In this document: in pieces, positions 10,990 to 23,445 of the stretch
Layout: each line of letters starts with the position of its first letter
Numbering within the stretch: the stretch's first letter is position 1
DNA from: Chiloscyllium plagiosum
Taxonomy: Eukaryota
Length of the DNA stretch: 64,000 nt
Reading direction: 5' to 3'
Assembly: GCF_004010195.1 (NCBI RefSeq)
Contig: NC_057711.1
Span: 81,014,714 to 81,078,713, forward strand
Program-made: the position numbers and the translations under genes
Notes under the pieces: generated by a model
The model's input: the letters and a program-made list of their open reading frames with translations, nothing else
Databases searched by the model: none
What the model was told of the DNA's origin: nothing

Positions 10990-12265
10990 TGCATTCCCTC
11001 TACACATCCATCCCCCATCAAGATGGTCTCAGCTTTTCCTTCCTCAACATCCCTGTTTCCAGTAATGGGATAGGCTGGCCACTGATATCCATTACAAACC
11101 CGTGGACTTCCACAGTTACCATGCCTATACATCCTCACACCCTCCTTCCTGTAGGGACTCTATTCCACTCTCCCAGTTCCTCCATCTCCATCATATCGAT
11201 TCTGATGATACCATCTACCGTAGGCGGTTTCAGAATGTCCATCTTTTCTCTCAACTCTTGATTCCCCACCACCATGGTTGACAGGATCCTCAGCTGTATC
11301 TGACCCATGATAGGTTCCCTCCATCCTCACTTTCCACCCCACCAGCCTCAGCATCCAAAGGATTGTAAAGTGCCATTTTTGCCACCTCCAACAGGATGCC
11401 ACCACCAGGCACATATTCCTCTCTCCTCTCTTGTCAGCATTCCACAGGAACCCACTCCCTCCTGGACATCCTGATCCAGTCCTCCTCAATCTCTAACACT
11501 TCCTAGACCTCAATGGCACCTTCCCATGCAATCACAGAAGGTGCAAATACCTCCCTGTTTACTTGATCCCTCCTCACTATCCAAAGTCCTACCTTCCAGG
11601 AGAAGCAGTGATTTATCTGTCATATTAGCTGCTTACAATATGGATTCACCTACACTAGGGAGATGAAACACAGACTGGGTGATCACTTTGCTGAACACAT
11701 ACACTCTGTCTGTGAAAATGACCCTAAACTGCTAGTCACCTGCCTCTTCAACACACCACTGTGTTCCTTGGCCAACATTTCTGTCTTGGACCTATTAAAG
11801 TGCTCCAGGGAGGTTCAGCATAAGCTGAAGGAACATCTCATCTTCCACCTAGGTACCTTATAGCCCTCAGGACACATCACTGAGATGATCAATTTCAGAA
11901 TGCCCTCCTCCATGTCAGTTACTGTCTCCCATACCCCTAGTTTCCGTCTGTGTGAGTTTCTGACCATTCATACTTCTTGTTAGCATCTTATGTATTCATC
12001 ACTCTCTCAGCTTATCATCAGCTATCTCTTTGTTTGCTTATTCCTTTTTTTTCTCTCTCTGTCTCTCCCTGGGCTTGTCTCCACGTGCTCTAATCACTCC
12101 CCATCCTTCCCACTTCATCAGCATAAATCCACCCCTTTCTCAGTTATTGTCAGTTCTGATGGGACCTCGCTGGACTCAAAATGTTTTTCTCTCCACACTT
12201 ACGGCCAAATCTACTGTGTTTCTCCAGAACTACCTATTTTTGTTTCAGATTTCCAGCATTCTTTA
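10990..12265 (+). mobile_element. Older Penelope-like element with internal deletions
   Basis: SLYTSIPHQDGL (RT), a YTSSHP..C.DSIP.SQFL remnant, GIY-YIG part KHRLGDHFAEHIHSV...EHLIFHLGTL, and a decayed terminal repeat at about 12150-12265. Confidence 0.85.
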
Positions 12266-12454
12266 TATTTATTTTGTTACCATAATTAAATGGGCCTGAC
12301 TGCTCTACTTCATGATCAAATCCAGCCCAATACCTTGCTTGTAAATTTAATAGGCTAGCTGCTCTGGAGTCACAAGGATTAATTTTAATAACTGGGCCTA
12401 TTTTGAAACTCAGAAAAGCATTCCTAATCAGAGGAACTACTTAATTATCATAAC

Positions 12455-12575
12455 ATGGAATATTGGAGAAGCTCAGCAGATCTAGATGCATCTGTAGAGA
12501 GAGAAACAGAGTTAATGTTTCAAATCAAGCATGACTTATCTTCAAAACAGGACTTGCAGTATTTTGCTTTTATTA
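12455..12575 (-). mobile_element. Old PLE terminal remnant
   Basis: ggagaagctcagcag...gcatctgtagagagagaaacagagttaatgtttc, a motif shared with about 18110, 24260, 38540, 56900 and 62950. Confidence 0.6.
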
Positions 12576-13469
12576 CTGCTTATTATTGTGTACAAAATTT
12601 TATTGGCAGTTTTAAGAGTCCAACAAAAGATTACCTGTGTTTGATAAGTTACTGAATAGATATTTATTTGCTTTCCCAACTAAATGATCATTTAAGAGAA
12701 TTTTAAAAATTTTGAATAAGCCTGAAGATTTGTTTTCTGTGTGCAGTATGAATGGTTTGCATTTGATTGACACTTTTTAAAAAAAGATTAGATTAATTTT
12801 TAAAGGCCATTTGATAGACTTTCATTGCTGCTGCATGACTCCTGAAGACATTGTGTAAACTGTGTGCATGGTAATGGAAGAGTGGCGGGAACATAAGAGG
12901 GGAATGAGGGGATATGAAGGGGTCATGGGGAATATGAGAGGGTGTACTTGAGGAACGGGGAATATGAGCTGGTATGCCTCAGGAGTCAGGAAACCCACAC
13001 GTGACCGCCCACATCTCTAGGAAAGGAAAACAGTGAATGTGGGCAGAAGTGAATGGGTTGGGTTTCCAAAATGGCCCCACTCATGTTTATGACATCTGCC
13101 ACAAAACTTCAGCTCATTATTCCTTAAAACCCGGAATCCAAATGACCAAGATCAAGAACATTTAATGTTTTTCATTCAGCACTAGACATATTGATATAAC
13201 CTAAGTTGTTGATAATTACTTACATGCTTTCAATTAATTGATGCATTGTTATGTTTTCCACTTACATAAATTGAGGGAGTTTAGATCATGGGCATACTTC
13301 AGTTGGAATAATTTCAAAAACGGTAAATGATGTGTTTTCAAAATATAAATTGTTATGCCTCTAAACAGGAAAAAATGAACTGTATCTTCATTGCAGAGAC
13401 TTGCTTGAGAGAGGGACAAGACTGACACTGGAGTCTCAAGAAGGGTATATTGATATTTGAGGGCATGCC

Positions 13470-14725
13470 AGGAGGTACTAGGTGTTTTGAAAGGGACTAA
13501 GGTGGACAAGTCTCCAGGACACCTGATAGGATCTATCCCAGAATACTGAGGGAGGTGAGGGGAGAAATTGCTGAGGCCCTATATAAAAAAACCTTTGTAT
13601 CCTCTTGAGTTACAGGAGAGGTCTCAGAAGACTAGAGAACAGCCAACATTGGTTCTTCATTTAAGAAGGACAAAAGTGATAATCTAGGAAATTACATCCT
13701 GGTTACTCTTAACTCAGTAGGTGGGAAATTATTGGAGAAGATTCTTAGTGATAAGATTTACTCACATTTGGAAAAAATATGGACGTTAGTAATACGTGGC
13801 TTTGTGAGGAGAAAGTCGAGCCTCTCAAAATTGATTGAGGTTTTTGAGGAAGGGATGATTGATGAGGACAGGCTGGTAGATGTTGTCTACATGGACTTTA
13901 GTGAGGCCTTTGACAAGGTCCCTCATGACAGGCTGATAAGAAGGTAACGTCACATGGAATCCATGGTGAGCTGGTAATATGGATACAGAACTGGCTTAGT
14001 CACAGAAGACAGAGGGGAGCAGTGAAAGGCCATTGGAGATCTGCAAGCGCCATTGATACACAAGGATCACTGCTGGGGCCCTTGTTGTTTGTAGTTTATA
14101 TAAATGGTTTGGAGGAGAATGTAAGTTTAGTAAGTTTGCAGAAGACACAAAAATTGAGGGACTCATGAATAGTGAGGAGAATTGCCAGAGGATACAGTAG
14201 GATAGGCCAGAGACTTAGGCAGAGAAATGGCGGAAGGAATTCAATCAGGATAAATGCGTGGTGATGCATTTTTGAGTGAGGGAATTATACAGTAAATGGC
14301 AGAACCCTTTGAAATATTAACATACAGAGGGATCTTGGTGTATGGGTCTAAAGTTTCCTGAAAGCAGCAACACATGTGAATAAGGATGGTCAAGGTAGCA
14401 TATGGCATGCTTAACTTCAGTTGGGGCATAAAGTATAAAAATTGGCAAGTCACTTTGCAGCTGTATTGAACTTTAATTCGGCCACATTTTGGAATATTGG
14501 AATTATGAGAGCGTGAATAGAATGGAGTCTCTTTCCGAAGATGAAAAGAAATGTGAATTATGTGGAGACATAGGCTTAAAGTAAAAAGGAATAAGTTTAA
14601 AGGAGATGTGAGAGGAAGGGTGGATGGGGCATGGAACTGGCAGGAGAAAAAGGATTTTATTTGAGAAAGGCATCACGTGCCAGCGCAGTCTTGGTGGGCT
14701 GAAGGTCCTGTTCTTGTGCTATACT
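13470..14725 (+). mobile_element. CR1 LINE RT region to 3' end, decayed
   Basis: KVDKSPG, YPRILRE and DVVYMDFSEAFDKVPHDRL (ORF 13732..13947); ends in a tgttct-type tail. Confidence 0.9.
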
Positions 14726-15536
14726 GTTCTTTGTTCTTATTTCTCAAGGTATGCAACTGTGGAAAAATGAACCTTTGAAGGTTGAATTAGTGGCAGGACA
14801 TTTGAAATAACTGTTCCAAATACAGAGTTGTAGGAATACAAATTTATTTGAGATTTGGACATTATGATTAAACTGCAAAGGCTGATTGATACTATTTATA
14901 TTTAATGTTTTATGTGTATACCGATATTCTTTGATAGACAAGGTGTATCTTTAAGGAAATGTGGCAATTTGCATAATTTTCCACATCAATTGTAGAGCGA
15001 GATTCCAATCTGAGCTATTAAATAATTTTTTGACATTTACGTTTACAGTTCTATCAACTCATAACAGGGATGGGTTTCACTCAACTTCAAGTGAATGTAT
15101 GATCAAAGTATGGCTCAGCGTGCGTCATTCATGGGTTAGAGTATGTCTCTGAATGCACAGTCTCCTGTACTTGGCATTTTTTTGTTTCACAGGTGTTAAC
15201 AGATTTCTTTCTTATGCTGCTGCTGTTGTGGCATTTGTCTTGTTTCCTGGTGATAATTGTGACAGTATATTTGCCGTTAAATATCGCTCTAACAAAATAC
15301 CGAAGAATGCTTTACACAGATGCCTCCTGGTAACAGCCACAGAATGTTTTCTGCTGTGGTTTATTTTTCTCAGTTAGAAGCAGAACTCATTTTCCAGTGG
15401 TGGATTAAGGAATATGCAATGAATCTCCAGTTATTCCTGTGTGCCCATTTGTCAATGTCAGAATGAATGTTTGAACACATGAACATAAGATGCAAGAGTA
15501 CACCACTTGGCCCTTCATGTCTACTCAGTTCGAGAT

Positions 15537-16058
15537 GAACAAACTGCAGATGCTGGAATCCAAAGTAGACAAACAGGAGGCAGGAATAACTCAGCAAGCC
15601 AGGCAGCATCAGGAGGTGGAGAAGTGAATGTTTTGGGTATAATCTTTCTTCAGGACTGGGTGTGGGGGTAGGGGGCGCTACACCTCAATTTCGGCCTGGG
15701 CAGCCTACAGTCCGGAGGATTTAACATTGGGTTCTCCAATGTCAAATAACCTTCCATCCATCCCAGCCCCCTTTCCAGCTCCACCTTCCCCCCTCCTCTC
15801 TATTCCACCTACTGACCCTTCCTTCCAGCCACCAACCAGATTCATCCCTCCCATCTACCAACCAAGTCATACCCACCACCTGTGTTCATGTATCCTACTT
15901 CACTATTCTGCTATTCTCCCTACCCAACCCCCCCTTCTTTATCTGTAGCTCCCCCTATCCCCATCCCAGTCCTGAAGAAGAGTTATACTCGAAACATTGA
16001 CTTCTCCACCTCCTGATGCTACCTGGCTCACTGTATTCTTCCAGCCTCCTGTTTGTTT
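15537..16058. mobile_element. PLE 3' fragment with inverted terminal copy (fold-back)
   Basis: About 15568-15678 is an imperfect inverted copy of about 15945-16058. The internal part encodes a GIY-YIG C-terminal remnant (FGLGSLQSGGFNIGFSN). Confidence 0.85.
15968..16002 (+). ncRNA. Minimal type I hammerhead ribozyme motif (PLE-associated), probably one stem III mutation
   Basis: agtc-CTGAAGA-a-gagt(tat)actc-GAAA-catt-gact. Stem I agtc/gact and stem II gagt/actc both pair fully. Confidence 0.7.
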
Positions 16059-16445
16059 AATCAGCCAATTTGAAAGATCGTGGTTGACTCCACAATCCTG
16101 CCTGTCTTGATAATCTCCCCAAAATTACCTATTCTGTCTTTCTATTTCTAAACTATGACCCCTAGTTCGAGAATGTCCTACAAGAGAAGATATCCTTTCC
16201 ATAACCACCCTGTCAAGACCCTCTCAAGACCTGATATGGTTCAATCAAGTCACATCACATTTACTTTAACTACAGTGGATGCAAGACTGGTCTATCCAAA
16301 CTTGCCTCATACAACAACCATTCCAAGTGTTAGTCTAGTTTCCAATGTTTCCAATGCATTTACATCCTTCCTTTAATAAGGAGAACAATAATATAGACCA
16401 ATGCCCTGTTGCATGGAAGCATAGCCTTCCAACTTTTGCAGTCAA

Positions 16446-16638
16446 GATTAGATTAGTGCTGGAAAAGAACAGCAGGTCAGGCAGCATCTGAGGAGCAGGA
16501 AAATCGATGTTTCAAGGCTTTTGCCCGAAACGTCGATTTTCCTGCTGCTTGGATGCTGTCTGACCTGTGCTTTTCCAGCACCACTCTAATCATAACTCTG
16601 ATCTCCAGCATCTGCAGTCCTCACTTCCGCCTAGTTGA
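16446..16638. mobile_element. Short fold-back PLE-terminus insertion with TSD
   Basis: Inverted arms around about 16515. Flanks ttccaacttttgcagtcaa (16427-16445) and ttccaacgtttgcattcaa (16639-16657) match at 17/19. Confidence 0.88.
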
Positions 16639-17534
16639 TTCCAACGTTTGCATTCAATTGCCCACATAATAGATGATATCTTTCTATTAGCTTTCCTGAT
16701 TATTTTCTGTGCCTGTGATTCTTGGAGAACTGCAATCTTTCAGCATTTCAATAATATACTATGTTTTTACTCTTGCTGTTGAAGTGGACAACATCACACT
16801 TTCCCACATTTCTCTCCAGTTGCAAGATTTTTTTCCACTCGTTTAACCTATTTATCCCTTAGTAACATCTTTCTGTCGTCTTCATCACTTACTGTCTGAC
16901 CTAACTTTCTGTCATTAGGAAATTTAGTGGCAATACTTTTGGTTTCTTCATTATAATCTTAAATACAAATAGAGAATAAGGCACTAGCTATAATTCCTGT
17001 AGCACACCATTTGTTACACCTTGCCAATTGGAACATTACCCATCTATGACTACTTTGTTTCTTGTTAGTTAATAAATCTTCTGTTTTAATCAGTATGTTA
17101 CCTTCTGCATCACAAACCTTTATTTTCCACAAGAGTCTTTGCGGCACTTTATAAAATACCTTCCATAAATCTAAATGAAGTACATCCATGGTTCCCCTTT
17201 GTTCACAGGACTTGCTACTTCTTCGAAGAACTCCAATACATGAGTTGAACTTGATTTCTTTTTCACATTACTGTATTATTTCTGTCTAATAAACTTAAAA
17301 TTTTCTAAGTCCCCTGCATACTTTTTAAAATAACAACATCTACCATCTTCCCTGTTACAGATGTTGGGTTAACTGGCTGCAGTTTCTTGCTTTCTGTCTC
17401 TTTTTGTTTTTGAATAAAGGAGTTTTACTTGCCACTTTCCAATCTAATCGAACATCGCCTGTGTGCAGGAAAGTTTGGGAAAATAAAACCAATTCACCAA
17501 CTATCTGAATAGCCATTTCTTTTAAATTGCTAAC

Positions 17535-17915
17535 CCAACGCCTGGAGGAAGAACACCTCATATTGCACCTTGGGACCCTGCAACCACGTGGGATCAATGT
17601 GGATTTCATCAGTTTCCTCATTTCCCCCGCTCCCACCACATAATCCTAGTCCCAAGCATCCAACTCGGCACCGCCCTCCTGACTTGTCCATCGCCTTTCC
17701 CATCTATCCGCTCCACCCTCCTCTCCGACCTATCACCTTCTCCTTCACTGTCATCTACCTGTCGCATTCCCCCTCAACTCCACCTCTGTCCCATTTATCT
17801 TTCAGCATCCCCGGCCCACAAACCACATTCCTGATGAATGGCTTATGCTCGAAACGTCGATTCTCCTGCTCCTCAGATGCTGCCTGACCTGCATTTTTCC
17901 AGCGCCACACTCTCA
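17535..17915 (+). mobile_element. PLE 3' fragment inserted in CR1
   Basis: QRLEEEHLILHLGTLQPRGINVDFISF (GIY-YIG C-terminus), a pyrimidine-rich UTR and a terminal repeat with hammerhead core. Confidence 0.9.
17827..17862 (+). ncRNA. Minimal hammerhead ribozyme motif (PLE-associated), weakened stem II
   Basis: attc-CTGATGA-a-tggc(ttat)gctc-GAAA-cgtc-gatt. The core and GUC site are intact and stem III is the palindrome ACGT. Confidence 0.65.
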
Positions 17916-19279
17916 AAATCCATCAGGATCCAAGGACTTGTCAGCCTGCAGCTGCAACAACTTGCTTAGAATTATCTCCTGGAGATTGCAGTTGTCTTAA
18001 GCTCCTTTTTCCCTTCCATTTTCTGGTGTATATCTATTTCTGGGGCATTAATTATACCCTCGATACCTGAAAGCTGATGAAAAGTACATGTTCAATTCAA
18101 ACCAAGAATGGAGAATGCTGAAGAAACTCAACAAGTGTGGTAGCATCAGTGGAGCGAGAAAGAGTTAATGTTTCAAACTCGGTATGTCTCTTCTTCAGAA
18201 CTGAGCTTATTATTATTGTGATTATTGTTATTAATGTTATCATTATTCCTTATTCTCCACTATTAATTCCCCAGAGCCTCTTTGTACATGAACAGCATTG
18301 CTTTCTTGTTTTTTAACTTTCTAAATATCTACAGAAACTCTCACTACCTTTATTTTATATTTCTAACTAGAGTTCCTTCATATGCTAGCTTTCCCCTCTT
18401 TATTACTCTTTTAGTAATTCTTTGCTATCTCTTATACTCTGTCTAATATTCTGCCCTGCCACTAATACTTGCACAATGATATGCTTTTTTTAAAAATTTA
18501 AGCTTGATATAACTTTGACATTTTTAGCAAATAATGGATGAAGGTCCTCTCCTTTTTATATTTTACTTTCTCATTGGAAAATAACTACTCTGTTTCCTGA
18601 ATACCCCCTTGCATGCCTGCTACCATTTTTCTATTGACAAAAACCTTATTCTCATTTATTTTCCAGCTTACTTTAGCTGGCTCAACTTTCATACCCTCAT
18701 TATTGCCCTAATTTCAGTTTGAAATACTAATCTTGGACCCACTTTTCTCTCCGCTTTTCCAGCAACACATTTTCACCACTTTTCTCTCCCTCAGGTTTAA
18801 TTTAACCATATTATGATTGTGACTGGAGACTTCTTCACTGGATTGCTGAGAAACTCCAGTCTCTACAGAAACTCTGACTCGACCTTCACCAGCAACTTCC
18901 TTGAGCTCCACCTCTGCTGTGGTCAGGATTCTTGTGTTTGGTATACCCCCTCCAGTTGTATTGTGGTCCCACCTATTCATAACTCTTTTATCCTGCAGTC
19001 AGACCGAATGATTGAGGATCACCACAAGTGTGGAATACGCATGCAATGAACATGGATGCCCATTACATCTCCTGAACCCTCCTTAGTCAGTGTTCCACAC
19101 ATACATTATTCTGCAGGTAGCACAAATCTTAGAACATGAGCAGTCTCTCATACATTCAATACACAGGTTTCACCTCATCCTGAGGCCTGCAACCTTCTCC
19201 TCTATCATATCTCTTTGCATTTGTACATTTGTATTACTTGATAACCTTCTGAGTGTCACTTTACAGTGATTACATGATG

Positions 19280-19500
19280 TCACTTACCTTCATGGAATGA
19301 GGAAGATGGCTTATCCTTTCCTGCCCTGAGACGGTACTATGGACTCCATGACTTCAAAACGTCAAGGTGACCTCTATTCAGGTCATGGTGATCAGACGGG
19401 AGGGCCCTCTGCAACTGTCCCTGTGGAGCAGGACCTACTGTTTTTCTAAAGTGGCTTGGAGAAGAACATGAAAAGTAGCATCTCCAGACCATTGCATCAG
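19280..19500 (-). mobile_element. Decayed Harbinger Myb/SANT-like gene exon remnant
   Basis: Frameshifted reading ..HVLLQA..EK..VL...D..R.PS.L....EV...Q.RK..SHL, ending at an AG/GTAAG donor. Recognised by eye only. Confidence 0.35.
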
Positions 19501-19594
19501 GATTTCCCTTCTCTTAGACATCAGTAAGTTCAGAGGATTTGGCTGTTGAATAACACCCAGAGTAATGCTCTGGGCTTGCAGAAAATAAATACTT

Positions 19595-20095
19595 GTCATG
19601 GAGTCATAGAGCGATGCAGCATGGAATCAGACCCTTCAGTCCACACCGATGATGTCCTCAAACTAAACCAGTCCCACCTACCTCATTTGGCCTTTATCCT
19701 TCCAAAGCTTTCCTATTCATGAACTTATCCAAATATCTTTAAAATGTAACTGTACTCACATCCATTAGTTCCTTGAGCAGTTCATTCCACACACTAACCA
19801 TCCTCTGTGTAATAAAATTGCCCCTCATGTCCTTTTTAAATCCTTCTCATCTCACTTTAAAAATATACCCTCGAGATTTGAACTTCTCCACCTTTTGGGG
19901 AAAGACATTTGTTATTCACCTTATCTAAGACCCTCATGATTTTAATAAACCTCTACTAATTATCTCTTAACCTCCAATGCTCCAGTAAGAAAAGACCTCA
20001 CTTCTCCAGCCAATTTCATTAACCCCTCAAAACCTCCATTCATGGCAATATCCTGGTAAACCTTTTTGAACCCTCTCCATTTTAATAATATCCTT
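19595..20095 (-). mobile_element. CR1 (HER1-like) LINE 3' end
   Basis: gagtcatagag tail and the reverse complement of a typical CR1 ORF2 end and UTR. Confidence 0.85.
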
Positions 20096-20449
20096 CATGA
20101 AGTCAGATCACAATAGTAAGTAATGGGGCAACATGTCCCTGCAGCAGTGAAGGAATGTTGATATATTTCAAATCAGGATGGTGTGTGACTTGGACAGGAA
20201 CTTGCCAGTCATAATATTTGAATTCCCTTCAAATAGGGGAATTCCCTTCAAATGTGGGGTAACAGCAGAGCTAGTGACTCTTTCGCACCTCTACCACATG
20301 ATTTGCTGCAGTTCTCAAACATTCATAGTCAATTGCTTGGCCTATGAATATGCATAGCTAGCTGTCAAACCCTGATGAAGATACCATAAGTTTCTGCTTG
20401 TTGTATCTGTTCCTGAGCTTTGAAAACTGGTTCGCAGCCCTATTTCATA

Positions 20450-20960
20450 ACCCTGTAAATTTTCCATTTCAAGTATTATTCCGGTTTCCCATTAAATGCT
20501 ACTGATGTACTCCCATCATCCTTTCAGAAGTTATTTTCTAATAGTTCAGTTATGGATTAAATAAAATATCTCTCCTCTCTAGTCCTTTTGATTAAAAACT
20601 TAAATCTATGGTCTCTGCTTATTGTGGCTCTCTGCTTACTACTGAATCTCCTACTAGTGAAAACAATTTCTAGCTACATACTCTCTCAAAACCCTTCAAA
20701 TTTTTGCACAGCAGTCTCCTCATAACATTCTCTACCCTAAAGAGGGCTATTGCAGCTTCTCTAATTTCTCCATTTAAATGAAGGCCCTGCTCCTTGGTAC
20801 CATTCCAATGCACTTTCTCTAAGGACTCCAGTGTATTTCATAAAATTAATGGTTCCCAGAGTTGGGCACAATTCTCTAGTTGAGGCCTAACTGTTGATTT
20901 ATAAGTTGAGCATAAATACTAATTTAAGATTTCCTTGCTTTTTCCTTAGCCTTGTTCTTA
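20450..20960 (-). mobile_element. Very old CR1 3' fragment
   Basis: Remnants such as gggcacaattctctagttgaggcctaac correspond to the RP.LE.C.Q.W motif on the minus strand. Confidence 0.55.
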
Positions 20961-22639
20961 ATGTCTTACCCAAAATAAATTTTCTTTCTTTTGTAGTTTA
21001 TGTTTCCTCTTGTGTTATTTATGGATGAAGGTAGATATGAGGAGTTAATAGCACTACTGGTGCCGTGGAGCTGTAACAGGAAACTTCATAACCAATCTGT
21101 GAATTATTGTTCAGGCCACCCTCCTGCAGAGTTTAAGATTTGCAAACATGTTCATCAGGTTTTTACACAGGCGTGATACTGAAATTTTATTGGGAAACAG
21201 GGAATAAGGTTGAGTATGACTTGTAACTAAAAGAGTGGATTGTATGGTTATTGGTAAGTGTTGACCTAGGTGGGATTTCACCAGTGTTTTGAGTTTGTCC
21301 TGCCAAGAGGATGTCTGTTTGTTTGGGATTGAACAACATTATATTGTTTAAGTTATTTCTGTTCAATTACAAAGGCTGATGAAATCAGGGTTAATACATT
21401 TTGATAAGTCATCAGACTTGGTCCCATGTGCAGCTTATTCATGAGCAGTAAAATGATGGAAGATGCAACAAACCCTTTTGTAATGGGGACAGCACCAGGA
21501 GAGTATGAGGCTCTTCCTTACCTGACTGATGGTAAGATCGTGTATTTCAATCTCTGCCTCATTTCCCCTGGCTCAGCTCATTAGCTGTTGATTCCCTGCA
21601 TCTAAAATTTGACCTTGTTGAATTTTACACGCAGACCAAATCTTTTAAAGACACATGCTTTCAAACAATTGTAGAATCGGATTGCCTGCTTGCTAGCCAG
21701 TAACTACGATGGATCAAAGATTGTGGAGGAATCCAAAATGAACTTCGATGCATTATCGACACATCAGAACTCTGCTGTTAAACATGGACTGTAGCCATCC
21801 TCATGGAAGTTAGAGAGTAGGCCCTCTTTCTCAAAGTCTCTGATGAATACAATCTTCACTCTGTTGAACCACAGATCAATCAGAGCCACAGTGCCATTGT
21901 AAAGCTATTTGTGTGATACAAATGGAAAATGTCTCAGCATGGCAATGTGATTAGAACCTAACCAACCATCCACCAATATTCACCATGCTGTCAGTAATCA
22001 ACTGGGCCAGGCTGGTGGTAATGGGAACATATAGTTTGCAACTGGGTCCTTTTAGGCTTGAGCTATTTGAAGTTGCCAAACATAACTGTCTCAAGGGCAG
22101 CTAATTAAGCTCCACCTCTCATACTGAAACCACTGGCAGAACATTCCAAATGAAAGCATACATGAGCAGCTTTTATGGATGATAATTAGTGGCCAGACAT
22201 GTTTGGAAGTCAGTGCAATGTAATTTTGTTTTTCAAATTTGGGTGCAAAGAACTCTTTAGGAGCTGGTGATCCTAAAATAATAACAGTTATGAAAATAAG
22301 TTGGCCTTTGTTTAGATGCAGATTACTCAAGGATGGAATGATTGGGACAGATGTCTGTCATGTTAATGGAAGAGGAGTTGAAAGGCTTGTTAATAAGCTG
22401 TTACTGCCAATGTCTGGAGTGCAGGTAAGTGTTGATGTCTTCCTACCTCTTTCATATTTACTATGCCATCAGTTTTGTTTGTCTACCAAAGTGAAAGTTC
22501 TCCTCGAATTATAGTTCCATGTGATATTCCCCTTTGCGGTCCCAATTTATACAGCCAATCACAGTCGTATAGAATACTTCCTGTAGACTGTGTGCGTGAA
22601 GCTACCTGACATGACCAGGGACAAAAAGTATTCCTGAAT

Positions 22640-23445
22640 ATTGATAATAAAGAAATTTCATTGATCAAACAGCTGAAAATGGTTAGTCCCAAGACACAAA
22701 TCTGAGGAACTCCAACAGTGACGTTCTGGGAATGAGAGGATTGACCACCAACAATCTCAGTCATCCTCTTTGGTGCTTAGGCATGACTTCAATTTTGTTA
22801 TGGCATCAAGGAGTCCTAGAATTGTGCTGGCCACTATTGGCTGAAACCTGAACAGGACTAAACATTTACACAATGTGACTGCAATAACAGGACAGAGGCT
22901 GCAAATTTTGTGGTGCCTAGCTGACCTTCTGACTTATCAAAGACTGTTCACAATCGAAATGGCATATGCACAAATCAGGAATGTGCATATTCTCCATTTA
23001 CTTGGTTGAGTACAGCTCAACAGCATCCCAGACAGTTCAACTGAGGAACTAAGCAGCCCTTTTGACTTTCACTGCAACTATCGTCTTAAGTAGTCACTCC
23101 CGTCATCGCCAACACAATGGCAACAGTGTGTATCGTCTGCAACAGATCATCAAAGCTCTTTGACAGCATCTTCCAATCCTACAAACCCAACATCTTCAAA
23201 GGAGAAGGGCAACAGATGCATGGGAATACCAACTTCTGCAAATTCCCCTCCTGGCCGCACACCATTCTGACTTCAAATTCTATTATCATTTCTTTACTAT
23301 CACCAATCAAAATCCCAGAACTCCCTTACATATGGCACTGTGGATGTACCAATACCATGAGGGCTGCAGTGGTGAAGGAACATGGCTCACCAGCACCCCC
23401 ATCTCAAGGATAATTGGCTAGCAGCATTCAATCTCACATCTTTGT
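22640..23445. mobile_element. CR1/L2-group LINE fragments (short minus RT piece, then plus 3' part)
   Basis: Minus piece reads VGVPQICVLGLTIFSCLIN. The plus piece ends in a ggctcaccagcacc...tcaagg..aatt tail related to those at about 26010 and 44750. Confidence 0.7.

Larger units (their letters stand above)
15470..18810 (-). mobile_element. Long decayed CR1 LINE interrupted by several PLE insertions
   Basis: gaacat-type tail at about 15473-15490. RT remnants DVLHLDLWKVFYKVPQRLLWKIK (16959..17189) and DWKVASKTPLFK. The CR1 sequence resumes after each insert. Confidence 0.8.

Noticed and set aside
8750..12265. A single inverted-repeat composite PLE
   Set aside because: The two divergent PLEs differ in terminus family and in degree of decay, and are separated by about 800 bp of unrelated sequence.
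20220..20258. Short direct repeat gaattcccttcaaat x2
   Set aside because: Ordinary micro-duplication at a LINE fragment edge.
21453..21536. Small coding exon MMEDATNPFVMGTAPGEYEALPYLTD ending at G/GTAAG, with an overlapping minus-strand CAG/GTAAG
   Set aside because: No recognisable homology and no partner exon. Such motifs are expected by chance in 64 kb.
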